The notes under the pieces are model-generated. The model saw only the letters and a list, made by a program, of their open reading frames with translations. It did not search any database and was not told the origin of the DNA. The position numbers and the translations under genes were made by a program. From a phage: a stretch of 1,005 nt of DNA. This document shows, piece by piece, positions 1-1,005 of the stretch. How positions within the stretch are numbered: the first letter of the stretch is position 1; each line of letters begins with the position of its first letter. The stretch lies in sequence record OR846573.1, one strand, 5' to 3'.

Positions 1-2
1 AT

Positions 3-58
3 TGTGACGTACACCGGACAACAACACGACGCATTGCAGATGTGCCAGCCCTGACACA
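3..58 (-). promoter_or_regulatory. Two TGT-N12-ACA dyads (3-20 and 41-58), candidate Ogr/delta-type late-activator sites of a promoter probably firing leftward off the window
   Basis: Seen in sequence: TGT at 3-5 with ACA at 18-20, and TGT at 41-43 with ACA at 56-58; centres are 38 bp apart. Established knowledge: P2/P4 late promoters carry TGT-N12-ACA centred near -55, and P4 promoters have a second delta site near -18. If transcription runs leftward, the centres (49.5 and 11.5) place the start about 6 bp left of position 1, with a -10-like CACAAT on the minus strand at 6..1. The dyad is self-complementary, so direction is not fixed by the sequence; a rightward start near 67 is the alternative. 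Confidence 0.35.
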
Positions 59-136
59 GGAGACTCATCCTCAGACCGGCAAGCCAGGAAAAGGTCGCAG
101 GAAAAACCGGCTTACTGTTTGTTTTTTTATATTTTA

Positions 137-241
137 CTGTTCACCTCTGTTCACCATAAGAAAAAAGATAAGTAATACAGTAAGTTAAAGGGTGAACAAT
201 CGCAGTAATGACTGTTCACCGTCTGTTCACCACTGTTCACC
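137..241. repeat. Iteron cluster: six copies of octamer TGTTCACC (five direct, one inverted), P4 type I iteron-like; candidate crr/origin-type cis replication element
   Basis: Seen in sequence: TGTTCACC at 138-145, 148-155, 213-220, 224-231 and 234-241 (all with a preceding C, i.e. CTGTTCACC), and inverted as GGTGAACA at 191-198. Spacing within clusters is 10-11 bp. Background is AT-rich and non-coding. The identification with P4 alpha-protein iterons is from memory, not from a search. Confidence 0.8.
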
Positions 242-261
242 CGTTGATGGGCTTTTTATGC

Positions 262-280
262 TGTTTATTACTGTTTATTT
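262..280 (+). repeat. Two tandem degenerate iteron-like repeats, CTGTTTATT x2
   Basis: Seen in sequence: CTGTTTATT at 262-270 and 272-280, 10 bp apart; they share CTGTT with the strong iterons but diverge in the 3' half. They may be decayed iterons or chance in AT-rich DNA. Confidence 0.3.
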
Positions 281-399
281 TTATTAATTCACTGAAATAA
301 ATAAGAAAAAACAATTTGCATTTCACTATAAAAAATTCCAGTTCCTTCAGAACCCTTTGAGACCCTTCCAGTCCGGATGGATAAAAAACACACAGCCAT

Positions 400-456
400 T
401 GTAAGGTTACCGGAACAAATTCCCCCTGTTGCGTCTGCTGAAAATATTCACAAAAT
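400..456 (+). promoter_or_regulatory. Activator-dependent late-type promoter for the AlpA/Vis-like gene: TGT-N12-ACA dyad (400-417), weak -35 TTGCGT (429-434), weak -10 CAAAAT (451-456)
   Basis: Seen in sequence: the dyad centre at 408.5 puts a predicted start near 463. The weak -35 and -10 hexamers (16-bp spacer) sit at the matching positions, and the ATG at 520 follows after a leader of about 57 nt. A partial second dyad (TGC 436-438 ... ACA 450-452) lies about 36 bp downstream of the first. Weak core hexamers are expected for an activator-dependent promoter. Confidence 0.4.
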
Positions 457-519
457 AAAGCGCTACCCGAAGCCGGACGGACTTATCCGGTGCTGTATGG
501 ACATTAACGAGGTAGCCCG

Positions 520-786
520 ATGCAAGCTGTTTTTTCTTCCCCGTCTCCCGCCCCTGTTACGCCACTGATGCCGCTGCCGGACATCACGCAGGAGCGTTTT
601 TTACGTCTGCCGGAAGTGATGCACCTGTGCGGCCTGTCACGCTCGACCATCTATGAACTCATCCGTAAGGGGGAATTTCCGCCGCAGGTGAGTCTTGGCG
701 GTAAAAATGTGGCCTGGCTGCACTCTGAAGTCACCGCATGGATGGCCGGGCGCATTGCCGGACGCAAACGGGGGTACGACGCATGA
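520..786 (+). CDS. alpA: AlpA/Vis-family (Phage_AlpA-type, MerR-like HTH) transcriptional regulator / excisionase-like DNA-binding protein, 88 aa; P4 Vis-like
   Basis: Complete ORF, ATG 520 to TGA 784-786, with GAGG Shine-Dalgarno at 509-512 (7-nt spacer). Residues about 25-75 (ERFLRLPEVMHLCGLSRSTIYELIRKGEFPPQVSLGGKNVAWLHSEVTAWMAGR) match the AlpA-family pattern by eye: LRLP..V, G.SRSTIY, G.FP, LG.. and W..SEV..W. Size and basic C-terminus fit the family. The symbol is family-level; in a true P4 genome the gene would be called vis. Confidence 0.88.
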   Translation: MQAVFSSPSPAPVTPLMPLPDITQERFLRLPEVMHLCGLSRSTIYELIRKGEFPPQVSLGGKNVAWLHSEVTAWMAGRIAGRKRGYDA

Positions 787-1005
787 TGATGCCCGCTCTG
801 CAAAAACTCCCTTTTTCTGGCTTGCCTTTTTCCGGCATTTGCGGATATAGTTTTTCCGCTGCCGCAAAATCGGCAGCCGGGCGTGAGAACCCGAGTATGT
901 TATCGGCGACATATGACGCGCCATGCGTCTTTTTTTGTGTCGCAATCAACGCCACAGAGCGCCAGATTATGGTGTGGCGTGTGGTTTGCCGTGCAGGTAT
1001 GATCC
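783..1005 (+). CDS. Possible 3'-truncated ORF of unknown function, start overlapping the upstream stop (ATGA); alternative internal start at 897
   Basis: Seen in sequence: three in-frame ATGs at 783-791; the first overlaps the TGA of the upstream gene. The frame stays open for 74 codons to the window edge (about 3 percent chance in random sequence), but two minus-strand frames are also open here, so stop-poor composition may explain it. The translation (MMMPALQKLPFSGLPFSGICGYSFSAAAKSAAGRENPSMLSATYDAPCVFFCVAINATERQIMVWRVVCRAGMI...) is Cys-rich and not recognisable to me. A hairpin plus T-run lies inside it (915-936). Confidence 0.25.
   Translation, partial: MMMPALQKLPFSGLPFSGICGYSFSAAAKSAAGRENPSMLSATYDAPCVFFCVAINATERQIMVWRVVCRAGMI
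822..851 (+). promoter_or_regulatory. Possible sigma70 promoter: -35 TTGCCT (822-827), 18-bp spacer, -10 TATAGT (846-851)
   Basis: Seen in sequence: 4/6 and 5/6 matches to the consensus hexamers with an acceptable spacer. Position immediately downstream of the regulator gene would fit an early promoter of a P4-like left operon, but this is by eye only. Confidence 0.25.
858..877. promoter_or_regulatory. Perfect 7-bp inverted repeat GCTGCCG-caaaat-CGGCAGC; candidate operator or 5' RNA stem-loop
   Basis: Seen in sequence: GCTGCCG (858-864) and its reverse complement CGGCAGC (871-877) around a 6-nt loop. It lies just downstream of the putative -10 at 846-851, i.e. at the predicted transcript start. 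No T-run follows on either strand, so it is not an intrinsic terminator. Confidence 0.3.
915..936 (+). terminator. Candidate weak intrinsic terminator or attenuator: GACGC-gccat-GCGTC hairpin followed by seven T
   Basis: Seen in sequence: 5-bp GC-rich stem (915-919 / 925-929), 5-nt loop, then TTTTTTT at 930-936. Strand-specific: the minus-strand transcript would have the A-run before the hairpin. The stem is short, so termination is likely partial or regulated. Confidence 0.3.

Noticed and set aside
1-54. Possible 3' end of an upstream plus-strand gene (frame 1 ends at TGA 52-54), or a minus-strand ATG at 34..32 running off the left edge
   Set aside because: Only 17 codons are visible and the minus-strand ATG has no ribosome-binding site. 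The same bases carry two TGT-N12-ACA dyads, which fits a promoter region better. Cannot be decided without the left flank.
85-105. Direct repeat CAGGAAAA at 85-92 and 98-105
   Set aside because: Two copies of a short purine-rich octamer; not enough on its own to call a binding site.
81-128. T-rich run (116-128) preceded by AAGCC / GGCTT complementarity as a possible terminator
   Set aside because: The only stem is 5 bp with a 23-nt loop, too weak for an intrinsic terminator. The T-run is more simply part of the AT-rich iteron region.
137-241. Alternative reading of the TGTTCACC repeats as tyrosine-integrase arm-type sites or as a CRISPR array
   Set aside because: CRISPR is excluded: the repeats are 8-9 bp with 1-2 bp between them. 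Arm-type sites are not excluded, but no att core, tRNA end or integrase gene is visible, and the octamer matches the P4 iteron as I recall it. Treated as the less likely alternative.
352-367. Direct repeat ACCCTT at 352-357 and 362-367, just upstream of the 400-417 dyad
   Set aside because: Two copies of a 6-mer are within chance expectation. Noted only because it sits where an additional regulator, such as the Vis-like protein itself, might bind.
473-490. Short inverted repeat CCGGA-N8-TCCGG in the predicted 5' leader of the regulator gene
   Set aside because: 5-bp stem with an 8-nt loop and no T-run; could be leader structure but is too weak to call.
377-568. 63-aa plus-strand ORF (MDKKHTAIVRLPEQ...) from the ORF track
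   Set aside because: It starts upstream of the putative promoter elements, has no Shine-Dalgarno, overlaps the regulator start out of frame, and its sequence is unremarkable. More likely promoter and 5' leader DNA that happens to be open.
637-945. 102-aa minus-strand ORF antisense to the regulator gene
   Set aside because: It lies largely antisense to a well-supported HTH gene. The peptide is Arg/Lys-rich and low-complexity (MRHKKRRMARH...), typical of a spurious antisense frame in GC-rich coding DNA.
731-955. 74-aa minus-strand ORF overlapping the regulator 3' end and the downstream region
   Set aside because: It overlaps the 3' end of the regulator gene by 56 bp on the opposite strand, I saw no convincing ribosome-binding site, and the sequence is not recognisable. 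Kept as an unlikely alternative to the plus-strand reading of 787-955.

Overview
This 1,005-bp window reads as the regulatory and replication core of a P4-family satellite phage or P4-like integrative element (enterobacterial type). I cannot define a novel system from the sequence alone. One complete gene is well supported: an 88-aa AlpA/Vis-family helix-turn-helix regulator (520-786, +). Upstream is about 450 bp of AT-rich non-coding DNA with two kinds of signal. First, six copies of the octamer TGTTCACC (five direct and helically phased, one inverted; 138-241), which I recall as the type I iteron bound by the phage P4 alpha primase-helicase at ori1/crr. Second, three TGT-N12-ACA dyads (3-20, 41-58, 400-417), the recognition pattern of P2 Ogr / P4 delta late-gene activators. 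The dyad at 400-417 is placed correctly to drive the regulator gene; the pair at the left edge is spaced as expected for a two-site delta-dependent promoter. Downstream of the regulator are a weak sigma70-like promoter, a 7-bp perfect palindrome, a short hairpin plus T7 run, and an open frame that overlaps the regulator stop codon (ATGA) and runs off the window. None of these can be resolved without database searches. All family assignments are from motif recognition by eye and from memory of the P4 literature; no searches were run.
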